Translations under genes and position numbers: made by a program
The notes under the pieces: generated by a model
The model's database searches: none
The model's input: only the letters and a program-made list of their open reading frames with translations
What the model was told of the DNA's origin: nothing
Shown: positions 25,949 through 40,117 of the stretch, in pieces
How the letters are laid out: each line of letters starts with the position of its first letter
Position numbering within the stretch: position 1 is the stretch's first letter
NCBI RefSeq assembly: GCF_006345805.1
Contig: NC_042997.1
Span: 130,572,001 to 130,636,000, forward strand
Direction of reading: 5' to 3'
DNA length: 64,000 bases
DNA from: Octopus sinensis
Taxonomy: Eukaryota

Positions 25949-28496
25949 CATCGATGAGATCCAGAGATTCTTAGTATAGAAGACACTTAGTAGCACTCAA
26001 AAATTCAAACTTAGACTCCAATGTCTTTACAGGGGACCAATTCCATATCTGCTCTATTGAGCAGATATAGAGGCAGTTACATGGATAAACAAATTAGGTA
26101 TATTAAATATAATATAAAATATCTATATATGTATAAATGCAAAATGAGAGAAAGCAAAAAGTGGAGAGTTCAAGACGATGAATATTTAAGTATAAATATA
26201 TAGATATTTGTATTAATAGATCCAACTCACACAGAGTGCAAATGACAGAGAAAATTAAAGGAGTGGAAGAAAGGTGTTATAAGTCCAACAACTGTTTCTG
26301 GGGGCTCAGAGATCCATGATAATGTTGATAGATGTACTTTGTCATAATATGCAGCCATAATGGAGGCAAAAAAACATTGGTTAAGATGAGCCTTCCTATC
26401 AGGGTAGATAAGATCTTACATTTCAGACCTTAATGCAGAGAAGTTCAAAGATGGAACTACGTCTGCTAACATTATTATGGATCACCAAACACCCAAAAAC
26501 AGCTGTTGGACTTTCTTCCACCCCTTTAATTTTCTGTCATTTGCACTCTGTGTAAGTTGGATCTGTAAATATAGATATCTCTATATTTATACATAAATAT
26601 TCATCATCTGAAAGTCTCCACCTTTTGCTTTCTCTTGTTTTGGATGTGTACATATAAACATGTTTTGCATTTTGTACCCAAACTATTGTATTATATTTCA
26701 TATATCTAATTTGTTTATCTGCATATTTGCCTATATATATATATATGTAATATGCATATATATACATGCACTCATGCAAACATATACTCATGCGCAAGTA
26801 CATATAGATGTTTTGTACTTTTCAACAAAATGCTGTTTTAACTTTGTAAAGGATGTTATTCTATGATTTTTGGATCCCATATTGTATAATGATATTCCTG
26901 TGTGAACATTTTATTCGTTAAACAAAAAATACGTGTGGATATTTTTGATACACTTTGTCTATGTATATATGTACCATATATGCTCGAAAATGTTGCTTTG
27001 GCAAATGTATAATTAGAAATGTTATATTTTGGTATATTTCTTAGTTAAGTAAGAAACAAGTGCTTTCAAATCTGATCTGTCATATTGTCACAGAGTTACT
27101 GAATATAGTTTTAGATAAGTCTATTTGTTTGTACTATTACTAAAATTGATAGAAACATGTAAATACCTGTAATGAAACATATATCTGCAATAGTGGGTGT
27201 TGAGCTCCTAATTACAATCAAGGTATTGGTCTATTTAGGTTAGAATATTTTAATCTCTACAGTTAGTCATGCCAAATATGGAGTGTAAATATTAACTTAG
27301 CTGAAGTTGAGATAAACCACTTGAAGAAATTAAAGGCTCACTGTGTTAAAGTTATAAACAACTTTGAAATGTTTAATGTGTTGAGATATTGATAATATAA
27401 TCCTTATAAAGAGGTCCTTAATATATGTCTCCGCATCTGTTGTATCAAATAGGGTATCTGGTAGGTCTTCGGTTCAGTTATATAAAATTAGACTAGCTAT
27501 TATAGAAATATAAATATCATTGAATTTGTGCATGATGTTTAGTTTGGGATGTTTCTCCTATTTCATATTACATAGGGCCATGGTTAACTGTTGATATCAG
27601 TCCTACAAAAATAAACATATATTTGAAATATAATTGTTGTTGATAATCTTTAATGTTGAACTGAAGAAATATTTGATGCAATTCTACTGCTTATCAAATT
27701 CTGCAATTTTCCTTTGTTTATTTTTTCCCTTCTTTTTTCTTCTTTTTTTTTGTATTTTTGTATTTGACTTGCTGGATCTGGAGGCCTTTTCATGTTCTTC
27801 AGAACTGGTGAGATTGATGCTGTTAAGGATCTGCTAAAACTGAGTCAAGCCAATACCAGTAGGAGAATCAAAGGCAAGAGCAGGAAAGATATTCCAAAGG
27901 ACCAACATTCTAAGAAAAAGGAACTGAGATTTAATAGTTGTTGTAGGTTCAAAGGGTTGAACACAGGTGATGATAGGAGAGGCAAGTGAGTTGGAAATGC
28001 CTTGCTGAATGTGACATGAATTCTGCCACCTCCAAGGAACGGAGGTCTAAGTAGCAATAAAATAGTGGACTGTGGATTGGAGCATGTCTGTGAATGACTT
28101 TATTCTGTGTCTATGAAATATAAAATGAATACCATATTTTCCAGCAAAGACATTTTAAAGGTAATGACAGAATCAGTCAAAACTGAATTTCTGTCTCATT
28201 CATCTTCAATTTGTATTTTCTCTCAGTTCCTCATCCTTCAGATTTTAATCATCTCATCCTTACACTTCAAATACCTTGTTACCTTTTGTTATGTGTCTGC
28301 TACCTATTAAAAATAAATTTTTAACTTTTTAGGCACAGGAGTGGCTGTGTGGTAAGTAGCTTGCTTACCAAGAACACGGTTCCAGGTTCAGTCCCACTGC
28401 GTGGCACCTTGGGCAAGTGTCTTCTACTATAGCCTTGGGCCGACCAAAGCCTTGTGAATGGATTTGGTAGACAGAAACTGAAAGAAGCCTGTTGTA

Positions 28497-28528
<32 letters not shown>

Positions 28529-28780
28529 CTTTATTTAAAGCAGCAGAAAATTCGACAAAACCTGTTATTCTGAGTTTCACGTTCCTGTTCGTCGCACAGT
28601 TTTTGCTAGAATAGAACCAATCTATTCTAGCAAAAACTCTCCGACGAACGGGAACGTGAAACTCAGAGTAACAGGTTTTGTTGAATTTTCTGCTGCTTTA
28701 AATAAAGCATATTACTGTACCACTGGTATTTGAGTACTCTTTTTTCCACCTTGTTTCACATTAATGTGTTTACTCCGGTA
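28529..28780 (+). mobile_element. palindromic element (arms 28529-28612 and 28622-28707) plus one-sided tail, inserted in the (TA)n of a SINE
   Basis: Near-perfect ~85-bp inverted arms with a hammerhead-like motif in each. Confidence 0.8.
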
Positions 28781-30206
28781 TATACATATATATGTATATG
28801 TATGTATATGTTTGTGTGTTTGTGTTTGTCCCCTCAACATTGCTTAACAACCGATGGTGGTGTGTTTACGTCCCCATAGCTTTGCGGTTTGGCAAAAGAG
28901 ACCAATAGAATTAAGTACTAGGCTTACAAAGAATAAGTCCTGGGGTTGATTTGCTCAACTAAAGGTGGTGCTCTAGCATGGCTACAGTCAAATGAATGAA
29001 ACAAGTAAAAGAATAAAAGAGTAATAGATGCAGGCATGGATATAGGGTTAAGAAGCTCACTTTCTAACTATGTGGTTTCAGGTTCAATCCCTCTGTGTGG
29101 CACGTTATATATGTGTATGCATGTGTGTGTGTGTGTTTACCCCACTAACCTCTTCTGCTTGGCAACTGGTGTTGGTTTGTTTATGTCCATATTGTTTATT
29201 GCATCAGCAAAAGAGACCTACAGAACAAGTACCAGCCTTAAAAAAACAACAAAAAATCCCTAAGTACTGGGGTTGATTTGGTTAACTGTAACACTTCAAG
29301 GTGATGCCTCCATATAGCCACAGTCAAATGACTTAAACAAGTAAAAAATAAGAGGCTAGAAAAACATGTTTTGAGAGAAAATAAACCTTAAGAAACCAGG
29401 GAAACAAGGAAATGTATTTAGTTATAGAAAATGTCACCCAGATGTCATAGACAATGTATAAATAAATGTGCCTTTTTAAAGCCTAGCCAGGCTCATGGGT
29501 CCGGTTTCCCGGATTCTATGGCGCATGTGTTCCCCAGCTGGATGGGATGCCAGTCCATCGCAGCGTTACTCATTTTTGCCAGCTGAGTGGACTGGAGCAA
29601 CGTGAAATGAAGTGTTTTGCTCAAGAACACAACGCGTCACCCAGTCCAGGAATCGAAACCACAACCTTACAATCATGATGCTGACACCCTAACCATTAAG
29701 CCGCGCACCTCCATTACAGACAGTGTAATAATTATAATTTGTAAGATTACTTTGAAATCTTTCACTTAACTTATTTAGATCATCATTCTGTTGGCAGCAT
29801 CTTTAAATGACATTAATTTATGAACAAAGCGACCGACTCTTTAGAGATTGGTTTCAAATTTTGGCACAAAGCCAGCAATTTTTGGGAAGGAGTAAGTCAT
29901 TTACACCAACCCCAGTGCCCCTGAAAGGATGAAAGGCAAAGTCAACCTTGGCAGAATTTGAACTAAGAATATAAAGATGGATGAAATGTTGACAAGCATT
30001 TTGTCTGGTGTGCTAACCATTCTGCCAGCTCTCTGCCTTTATCTCTTTTGAGATTAATAGAAATGAACAATGTAGAAGCAATACTGAATGGATTATTTCA
30101 ACAGTTTATTGTTTGTACATACCGTCAGGCTATAAAAAACAAATTAGACAAAATACAAAATGGCTGAAAGAGCAACTTTTAAAGTCAGCCTTTACACTGA
30201 CTGTTA

Positions 30207-30312
30207 TTAAAATACAAAAGCTATCCAATTAGTTGTTATCATTAAGATAAGAAGTAGAAGAGACATTTTCACATTTGGTCCAGTTGCCACCCGGCAATGT
30301 AAAAGATGTAAC
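30207..30312 (-). CDS. Gene 2 terminal exon (LHLLHCRVATGPNVKMSLLLLILMITTNWIAFVF*), GPI-signal-like
   Basis: tttatttcag acceptor in the required phase 2; supplies a terminal Cys-Arg and a hydrophobic tail with no cytoplasmic residues; AATAAA on the - strand at 30105-30110. Confidence 0.8.
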
Positions 30313-32683
30313 CTGAAATAAAAAGAGTATTTTTGAAATAGTTATGTCACTTCTGAAGTTTTATGGAATATTGTGTTGTGTCAAAAGTTTTAAACAATAT
30401 GCTGGTATCGTATTTGCTTTATTCATCAAGTTTCATCAAAAGCAGTCTAGTGTAGCGGCACAAGCAGTCAGCACCATATTGGATGAGATCTCACAGCAGC
30501 CATTGCCATCTCTGAGACTGGAGCGAGACCTCACCTGCATCCATTTGCCATGTGCGAGATCACAACGAGGCTTGCGATGGCAAACTGTATATAAGGGCAA
30601 AACAGAAACAGATTGATTTTCTCTCTCTCTGCTTCTACGCAGTGGCGCTTGCTAAGCACACTTCACTGGCTGTGCTTGTCTGCATGTTGTACCTCCAGAG
30701 GCAATGTGCCTGCACTAATGGAGATACAACACCACACACACAGCTCGAAATGGTTGCTGAGAGTAACGCACTTCACCTGTTCTGTGAAACTTGTAAATAA
30801 ACCAGTTGTAAATCACATTTGTCGGAACCTGAACTACACAAAGAACAAGATATAATGGGAGAAGGCAATATTCTCCTGATATCGTAAACCTTGCCTTCCA
30901 TTATACTAGCATTCAAAGTAGAGGCCACCATGTTGCACCATCTGAAGTCGCCTTTCTATCAGTTCTTTAATTCTATGTTCATACCAGTTCTTGTTCTTTG
31001 AGGTGAAGAACTCCTTCACTGAAGCTTCCACTCTCTCTTTGTTGATGAAGTGTTGTGATTGCAGGAAGTGAACCATGAATCAGAACTTTAAATGCTAGGC
31101 TGCTTGTGTTGTGGCTTGATGAATGAAAGAAATAAGTTACCAAGATATTGCAAAACTTTTGACTCAACACAGTATTAAAAGAGCAGTTTACATGCATTTA
31201 ATTTGCATCTCCAAACGAGTCATCATCATATCAATTAGCATCCATATTCGTGCATCCATGGCACATTAAAAATACCAGTCGAGCGTGATCGTTACCTGCA
31301 TCACCTTACTAGTACCTGTGCTGGTGGCACATGAAAAACATTTGAGCAAGGTCGTTGCCAGTGCCTCTGGACTGGCTCCTGTGCTGGTGGCACATAAAAA
31401 GCAGCACTTGAGTGTGGCTGTTGCCAGTACCGCCTGACTGGCCCTCGTGCCAGTGGCATGTAAAAGCACCCACTACACTCTCAGAGTGGTTGGGATTAAG
31501 GAAGGGCATCCAGCTGTAGAAACTCTGCCAGATCAGATTGGAGCCTGGTGCAACCATCTGGTTCGCCAGTCCTCAGTCAAATCGTTCAACCTATGCTAGC
31601 ATGGAAAGCAGACGTTAAGCGACGACGATGATGATGATGATTCCATGCTGGCATGGGCTGGATGGTTTGACAGGGTTTGATAGGTCAGGGGACTGCATCA
31701 AGCTCCAATGTTTGATTTGGTATTGTTTCTATGGTTTCTAAGCCCTTCCTAGCTCCAACCACTTTAGAGAGGGTACAGAGTGTTAATTGTTTTTTTGCTA
31801 CTGCCACTAATGAGGTCACCTAGCAGCTTGCAAAACATGACCTCATGATTGGGCAGAAGGATGTGGTATAAAGGGAAAAGGCTTATGTCAGATGTTGACG
31901 AGCAAGAATATGGTAGATGAAGAGAAACAAATGTCTTGCTGTATAAAAACTTAAATCAATATAATTTTTGTTAGTAACCCAAAAGTTAACCAATCTCATC
32001 ATCATCATCATCATCATCATTATCATCGTTTAACGTCCGTTTTCCATGCTAGCATGGGTTGGACGGTTCAACCCGGGGTTTGGGAAGCCAGGAGGCTGCA
32101 CCAGGCTCTAGTTTGATCTGGCAGTGTTTCTACAGCTGGATGCCCTTCCTAATGTCAACCACTCCATGAGTGTAGTGGGTGCTTTTTACATGCCACCGGC
32201 ACAGGTGCCAGGGGAGCATGGCAACAGCCACAATCGGTTGGTGCTGTGACATCATAATATTGTTTATTTACTGTAACCGATATCAGGTTCAGTTCTCATC
32301 CCCACTTGTGTTTATTTTAATTATCCAGGCTATAGACTGTTCTTGGGAACCCCTGTGTACCAAATCAGTCAAAGAATTCAGGCAAAGGGAAAGTTCCAAG
32401 ATCCGAACATGCAAGTAGAGTTTAAAACTATGAGAACTGTGAAAGTAAACCTAGAAGATACACAAACCCTGGTTAATAAAGAAGAATGCAAAATTCTAGT
32501 GCCCTCGGGAAATTGGCCTTGCTTAGTATGCAGAAAAGGTGTCTGTCGGACCCTTAAAGTATGCATCCAGTGTAAAGTATGTATACATCTTTGATGGCAA
32601 GTCTGCTCAATCTGACCAAAGGGTAAACAACCACCACCACTGCCGCCGCCGCCGTCACCACCACCACCGCCACCACCACCATC

Positions 32684-32714
<31 letters not shown>

Positions 32715-35502
32715 AAACAGCAACAGCAGCAGCAACAATAATCCTTTCTACTGTAAACACAAGGCCTGAAATTTTGGGGGAGGGCCTAGTTGACTACATC
32801 AACCCCCAGTACTCAACTGGTACTTAATTTATCGATCCCGAAAGGATGAAAGGCAAAGTTGATCTCAGTGGAATTTGAACTTGGAAGATAGCAACAGACG
32901 AAATACCTATTTCATTACAACCCACAAGGGGCTAAACACAGAGAGGACAAACGGATTAAGTCGATTATATCGACCCCAGTGCATAACTGGTACATATTTA
33001 ATCGACCCCGGAAGGATGAAAGGCAAAGTCGACCTCGGCGGAATTTGAACTCAGAACATAGCGGTAAACAGAATACCGCTAAGCATTTCGCCTGGTGTGC
33101 TAACAATTCAGTCAGTTTGCAGCCATAACAACAATAACAATAATAACTACAACAATAGCAGGACTTATCAATGTCTGTGCAACCAACAGTTTGCATACAT
33201 TGATTCACAACTAACTCGTTAGAATCATCAACATAAATGCCAAGTATTTATTTAATTTACAACTTACCTGTTGGGTTCACCTTGCATTTTCTTTGACCAT
33301 TCCAGCTCCAGACTGACCCCTTCAAACCAAGTTTGTGCATCTTCAAAAGGATATTCATAACCTTGTTTACACTTACAGGCATAATTACCCAGACCAAAAC
33401 CAAAACCTGTCAGTGGGGAACACTGTAAAGAAAAGAATTGTAAAAAGTTTTCTTCTAACGAGAGCCAAAAGTTGGTGCTTGCCATCAGACATAACATACA
33501 AACAGTGTGTGCATGCGCGTGTGTATGTGTGTGTGTGTGTCTGTGTGTGTGTGTGTCTGTGTGTGTATGTGTGTGTGTGGAAGGGTGAGTACAGAATATT
33601 TTGCTGTCATTCTTTTGTCCTCGATCATCCCTGATTGCACAAACCTATGATCAAGGCCATGAGAATCCAGTCAGATATATAATGGCAGATGGTGGTGATA
33701 TATAATATAATATCCAAGGCGGCGAGCTGGCAGAACCGTTAGCACGCCGGGCGAAATGCGTAGCCATATTTCGTCTGCCATTACGTTCTGAGTTCAAATT
33801 TTGCCAAGGTCGACTTTGCCTTTCATCCTTTCGGGGTCGATAAATTAAGTACCAGTTACGCACTGGGATCGATAAATTAAGTACCAGTTACGCACTGGGG
33901 TCGATGTAATCGACTTAATCCGTTTGTCTGTCCTTGTTTGTCCCCTCTATGTTTAGCCCCTTGTGGGTAATAAAGAAACAGATATATAATATCCAGTCAG
34001 ATATATAATAACAGATGGTGGTGAGCTGGCAGAAATGTTAGCACGCCGGGCGAAATGCTTAGCGGTATTTTGTCTGCCGTTACATTCTGAGTTCACATTC
34101 TGCCAAGATCAACTTTACCTTTCATCCTTTCGGGGTCGATTAAATAAGTACCAGTTACGCACTGGGGTCGATGTAATTGACTTAATCTGTTTGTCTGTCC
34201 TTGTTTGTCCCCTCTATGTTTAGCCCCCTGTCAGCAATAAAGAAATATATATAATAGCAGACTCTCATAGTTCAAGAAAGACAGTTCTGCAGTTTCTTGC
34301 TGAACAACCTGTACAAATGATTCGTTTATAGTGATCAAATGTAAGTGTTGTTCATTAGTTCACTCCCTCCAAGAAATTGATGTTACCTGGGCAGGTGTAT
34401 GGTGTTCCACTCAATATTTGTTGGCGTGATCACAGAGCAGGGCAAGATGATGTGTTTTGTTAAAGAACACAATGTACCACCTGGTCCAAGAATTGAAACT
34501 ATGACCTTCTGATTGTGAGTGCAACATCCTAGGCCATATTCTCTCACCTGGCACTTCGTCACTTACAATGACAAGGGTTCCAGTTGATCCGATCAATGGA
34601 ACAGCCTGTTCATGAAATTAGCATGCAAGTGGCTGAGCACTCCACAGACACATGTATCCTCAACATAGTTCTCAGGGAGATTCAGCATGACACAGAATGT
34701 GACAAGGCTGGCCCTTTCAAATTCAGGTACAACTCATTTTTGCCAGCTGAGTGAACTGGAGTAACGTGGAAAAAAGTGTCTTGATCAAGGACACAGTGTG
34801 TTGCCAGGAATCGAACTTGTGACCTTATGATTGTGAGCCAAATACCATAACCACTAATCTAGGCACCTTCACTTTGCTGTCACCACACATACATGCACAC
34901 ACACTCACGTGGACATAGTTTAGGGCCTTGAATTACTAGAAATGAACAGGAGTTATAAAACTAAAGTGAATTAAGTGTTGTAATAGATTTTAAAAAAAAA
35001 CATTTTTTTCTTATTTTTACCATAAAACATTCAAATCTACAAAACTGTAAAATATACAAATTATATTTAGAAGCTTTACCTTTGTAGATGGTGGACATAA
35101 AGCAGTGTTTTTAAAAGCATTAGCAATGTAGAATGGTTGGTGGCACTGATTAATATCTAAGAACTTCAGGTCTATGTCAATCAAAACAATACCTCTAGAA
35201 ATAAAGGAAAAATTAAATAAGATCTGACCAGCACATAAAGCTGTAAATAACATAAAATTATACCAAGCGGATTAACTCTCTGAGTTTAATAGAGTACTTT
35301 ATGATAGAGTATCTGTGGCACTTTCTACTATATAACATAGGGACCCCAAAATGTGGATAGTATCACATTAGACTGTTTTAATCTTTCTCTTTCTACAGTT
35401 TTTCTCTTTCTTATTTGTAGTCTACAAAAAACACTTGACAATGCTCCATATCTAAAAAGAGAAACTTCACTAAACCTTCATTAAATGAACAATCACTCTC
35501 TT

Positions 35503-35534
<32 letters not shown>

Positions 35535-38500
35535 AGAATTTTTTGTGTAATAAGATAAAAAACCAAGGCTGTATAGATATTAGAGCATTTATAGATAGTA
35601 AGGTCTTACGCGAAAAATTCTTATATACACACGTTGACATAGAACCAATGTTGAACCATTTATTTGCAATATTACCGAATCTGGAACTTAAATATGGTCT
35701 GTTTATAGCACTTATTCAGCATTACTTGACACCTTTGGGTCTCAATGACACCATTATCTCTTATATATATATATATCATCATCATCATCATCATCATTTA
35801 GCGTCCGCTTTCCATGCTAGCATGGGTTGGACGGTTCAACTGGGGTCTGTGAAGCCAGAAGGCTGCATCAGGCCCAGTCTGATCTGGCAGTGTTTCTACG
35901 GCTGGATGCCCTTCCTAATGCCAACCACTCCGTGAGTATAGTGGGTGCTTTTTACGTGCCACCCGCACAGGTGCCAGACGGAGCTGGCAAATGGCCACGG
36001 ACGGATGGTGCTTTTTAAGTGCCACCAGCACAGGGCCAGGCGAGGCTGACAACGGCCACGAATGGATGGTGCTTTTTACGTGCCACCGGCACGAGGCCAG
36101 TCTGGGCAGCGCTGGCAGCGACCATATTCGGATGGTTCTCAGCTGCAATTTCCATTGATCGATTTCGATTCTGATCCTCACTTGCCTCAACAGGTCTTCA
36201 CAAGTAGAGTTTTGTGTCCCAATCTAGATGCTAAATTCATTGTACTCATTGCTGCCTCTTACAAGGAGGTGCTGAAAAGTTCCTGGTTTGGGGTGCAAGA
36301 AAATAAGGAGGATCAGTTAATTATAATTTTATTCTACATATTCCACTCTCAGATTCACATACTTTTATTGCAATGGTCCTCCAGTTTTTCTAATCCCTGT
36401 AAAAGAATTCGGAAGGTTGGGCCTACAACCAGACCTTTTGGAATACTCTTAAAGCCAGGAACTTTTCAGCACCCCATTATACATTGCCAACTGTACCTCT
36501 TTTTATGGGTTGATGGCTTATATAGTACCTTCCTTGTCAGGGATCATCAGATCAGATCAGAGTGAAGGCCCCTGTCAAAAGCATTTCCAGGTTAACAAAT
36601 GCTAAGTAAAGGGATTCATTCCTTGCTAAGCACACCTGTACTTTTCCTGTACTTACTTCACTATGAATATGGCATCAGTGGTACCTCTTCCTACCACAAA
36701 GCCAAACTACATCTCATTCAGGTCAAACCTATTCCCAATCAATTTTGTTACAATGGTTCCATCTTTTACTCTCTGCTAAGTTCCCCTTCTTTTCTCCAAC
36801 ATTTCCTTATTGTTATTTTTACATCTTGAAACTCTTTCTGTTGCTGATTACTTAGCTCTGTAGTATGAAAGTAACCTGCTGACAGTCACACAGACTGAGG
36901 CAAGTAGAGTTATAGCTCTTGTTAGGAACCCAGTAAAACAGTCGTACTAGAATGTTATACACTTTTCACAGTAAGAATTGTTAAAACGTATCAAATAACT
37001 CTAAACATTTTTGTTATTCAGAATATCAGGATTATAGAGGCAAGTAGGGAAATGGCAAAGTTCTTTGAGCTAGGACAAAATACTTTGTGGTATTTGTTCC
37101 TGTTCACTATATTCAGAGTTCAAATCCTGCCAAGCTTATCTTTGCCTGTCAACCTTCTGGTGTCGATCACATAAAAGTGCCTTGCCATGGATGTGGATTA
37201 GTAAAATAGAATATTGACAAAATGCCTTGTGGTAATAGTTCTGGTGGATCTCTATGTTCTGAGTTCTTGGTTGGTAGACTTAATCTTTTGCTCAGCTTAA
37301 AACCACCACCTCACATGCAGTGTACTATTAGAAGAGTTTACTTTGTGGCAAGCATTTGGACAAGATTTCTGGTTTGAGGAAAACTTCCACCAGAGGTCAT
37401 CATCATATCATCATCATCATTTAACGTCCACTTTCCATGCTGGCATGGGTTAGACGATTTGACTGGAACTGGTGAGCCTGAGAGCTGCACCAGGTTCCAG
37501 TCTGATTTGGTATGGTTTCTACTGCTGGATGCCCTTCTTAATGCCAGCCACTCTAAGAGTATAATGATTGCTTTTTACATGCTGCCAGCATTGGTACTAT
37601 TTACATGATGCTGGCAACAGCCACAACTACAATTTCATAGGTGCCAGCAGGGTGCTATTTACATGACACCAGCAATAGCCATAACTATGCTTTCACGAGT
37701 ACCATTTACATGGCACTGGTAACAGCCATAACTATGACTAGAATTTCACTTGGTTTGACAAGTCTTCTCAGCACTGCCTTACCAAAGGCTTCAGTTAATT
37801 GTCATTGCCTCCATGAGGCCCAACATTCGAAAGATCATGCTACCAGCAACGGCCATGATTACGATTTCATGGGTACCATTTATGTGACACAGGCAATAGA
37901 CACAACTATGATTTCACTTGGCTTGATGAGTTTCCTCAAGCACAAAATAAAGGGTCACAAATGTTGCCCTTCCCTATTCATGAAATTGTACAAGAACAAA
38001 GAAAAAGGACCTGGAAATAAGAATTTATAAATCTGAAAAAATAATAAATAAACTGTTAACTTACGTAAACTTTACAGAGGAGAGATATATATTCCGACTA
38101 AAAAATGGAACACTATAAGTGATGACCCATTTGTCAATTCTTCCATCACAACGATAAGTTGGTCCACTCCATCGACCAGACTTAAAAGTAGGTGCTTTGT
38201 AAACCAAATCACTGTATTTGAAGTGGCTTTGATATGTTCCATTGATATTAGATCGCACAAATGCTTTAATATGGAATTCTTTCAATTCACTTATATTTGA
38301 TCTAAAACGTTCTTTTGCTGTTTTGAACCCTGGTGTATTCAAATAACTCTCTTTCAATCCTGCAGCATCTATTGCCCAAAAACCTTGATCGTTTCTATAA
38401 GCCCAAGGTCCAAAGAGGGCCTTTTCTGTTCCATCAGCTCCAATAAACTGGTAGCTGTCAAAAAGTACAGCAGAAGAAAGTATTTTGTGGTCTGACATCA

Positions 38501-39879
38501 CGTTAGCTAAAACCTCAGCAAATATGTGATCTTCTTGAAGTTGTTGTCCTCCATCCAGTATTCCAAAATGTACATTATACTCATTGTTTTGTAAAAAACT
38601 GCTCAGAAAATGCGCCAGACGTAGAGCTGTTCTGGCCTGAGATTCAAACTGTTTTTCAGCTCCATATATTACTGACCCAGACAATGACAAGCTTGATGGA
38701 GGTTGTTTATGACAGTTTATGTTATTTATAACACCCATTTTTTTCATAAGAGTTTTTATCTTAGCAGCATTACTTTTATCATAAGCATTTCGACGATGGC
38801 GTGAAGTGCTACGTCTGATATTTCTTTTCGTATTTAATGTACTCTGCTGTTGCCTGTACATTGTTGTATTGTAATGTTTTCCCAGATGTACTTTGCGATC
38901 TGAAATACAAAATGTCAATGATAAAGTTAGCATTCTATATACTATTTGCATTTGGTGGGAATGTGAAAGCGTTGAAGATGTATGGTTATTAAGGAATTTC
39001 AATTCTAGCTCACATACATCCATTACCAATGTCAACTAGATTACACACTGAGATGTGGTGCAACCACTTCCAAATAGAAGATGGCTGAAACCCCAAGACA
39101 TCTTTTACTGAGAGTCAGCCACTTGCATCCAGGCTTGTTTGGATATCATTCTTATTCTGCAAGACTGTCTTTAAATGTGACATGCAGGCCACTGATACCA
39201 ACTTATCAAGTTGGAAAGCCTTGACAGCAGATCACATCAGGGAACGACACATTGGGTTGTGAAATCTTATTATCAAGAATTACAGGTGATCATGGTGGCA
39301 GAACCTTTGTTTATAGGCCTGTTTAGAGTTACAGCAAGACCTATGACCTATGACTTTGGTCTTGGTCTGCAAAGGATTAAACTGGGACCACCACTACCAA
39401 CAACAACAACAACAATAATTCTTTTAGAGACTCAACTCAGAGAACCTGTCATGCTGGTGAAGCTCCCTATTATCATTGAATGGTACAGTAGCACTTCAGC
39501 AGACCAAAATATCACAGGCATTAACCATTCCCATGTAATTCTGTTATTAATTTATACTATATTTTATACTATATTATTTTATACTAGCTTAAAAGCCGCA
39601 CTTTGTGTGGACTTTTGAGCTAGCTCCCGTGGAGATCTAATTGGGCCTGTGGCCCTAAACTAAAGAGAGCTAAATAGCATGACTATAATACAGTTCTATA
39701 TTTAAGAGATGAGGAATTATGTACATTATTTACAATTGATGGATATTTGTCCTCATCTTGTTTGTTGTTACCAGAACATTTCTGTTGATATACCCTCCAA
39801 CCTTCATCAGGTGTCTTGGGGAAATTTCGAACCTGGGTTCTCATTCCTAAGGTATTTTACGATGTTATTATAATTATCA

Positions 39880-39931
<52 letters not shown>

Positions 39932-40065
39932 CATTATTATCATTATCATTATTATTATTATTCAGGTCACTGCCTGGAATCGAACTCGGAATCTTGGGTT
40001 AAGAGTGTGGGCTACTAACCCCAAGATTCCAAGTTCGATTCCAGGCAGTGACCTGAATAATAATA

Positions 40066-40117
<52 letters not shown>

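Noticed and set aside
27845-28048. Alternative hydrophobic terminal exon for gene 2 (RPPFLGG...SFLLLPLILLLVLA*)
   Set aside because: Phase-compatible, but it lacks the terminal Cys-Arg and has a weak acceptor. Exon 30207-30312 fits better and has a nearby AATAAA. Only RNA data could revive it as an isoform.
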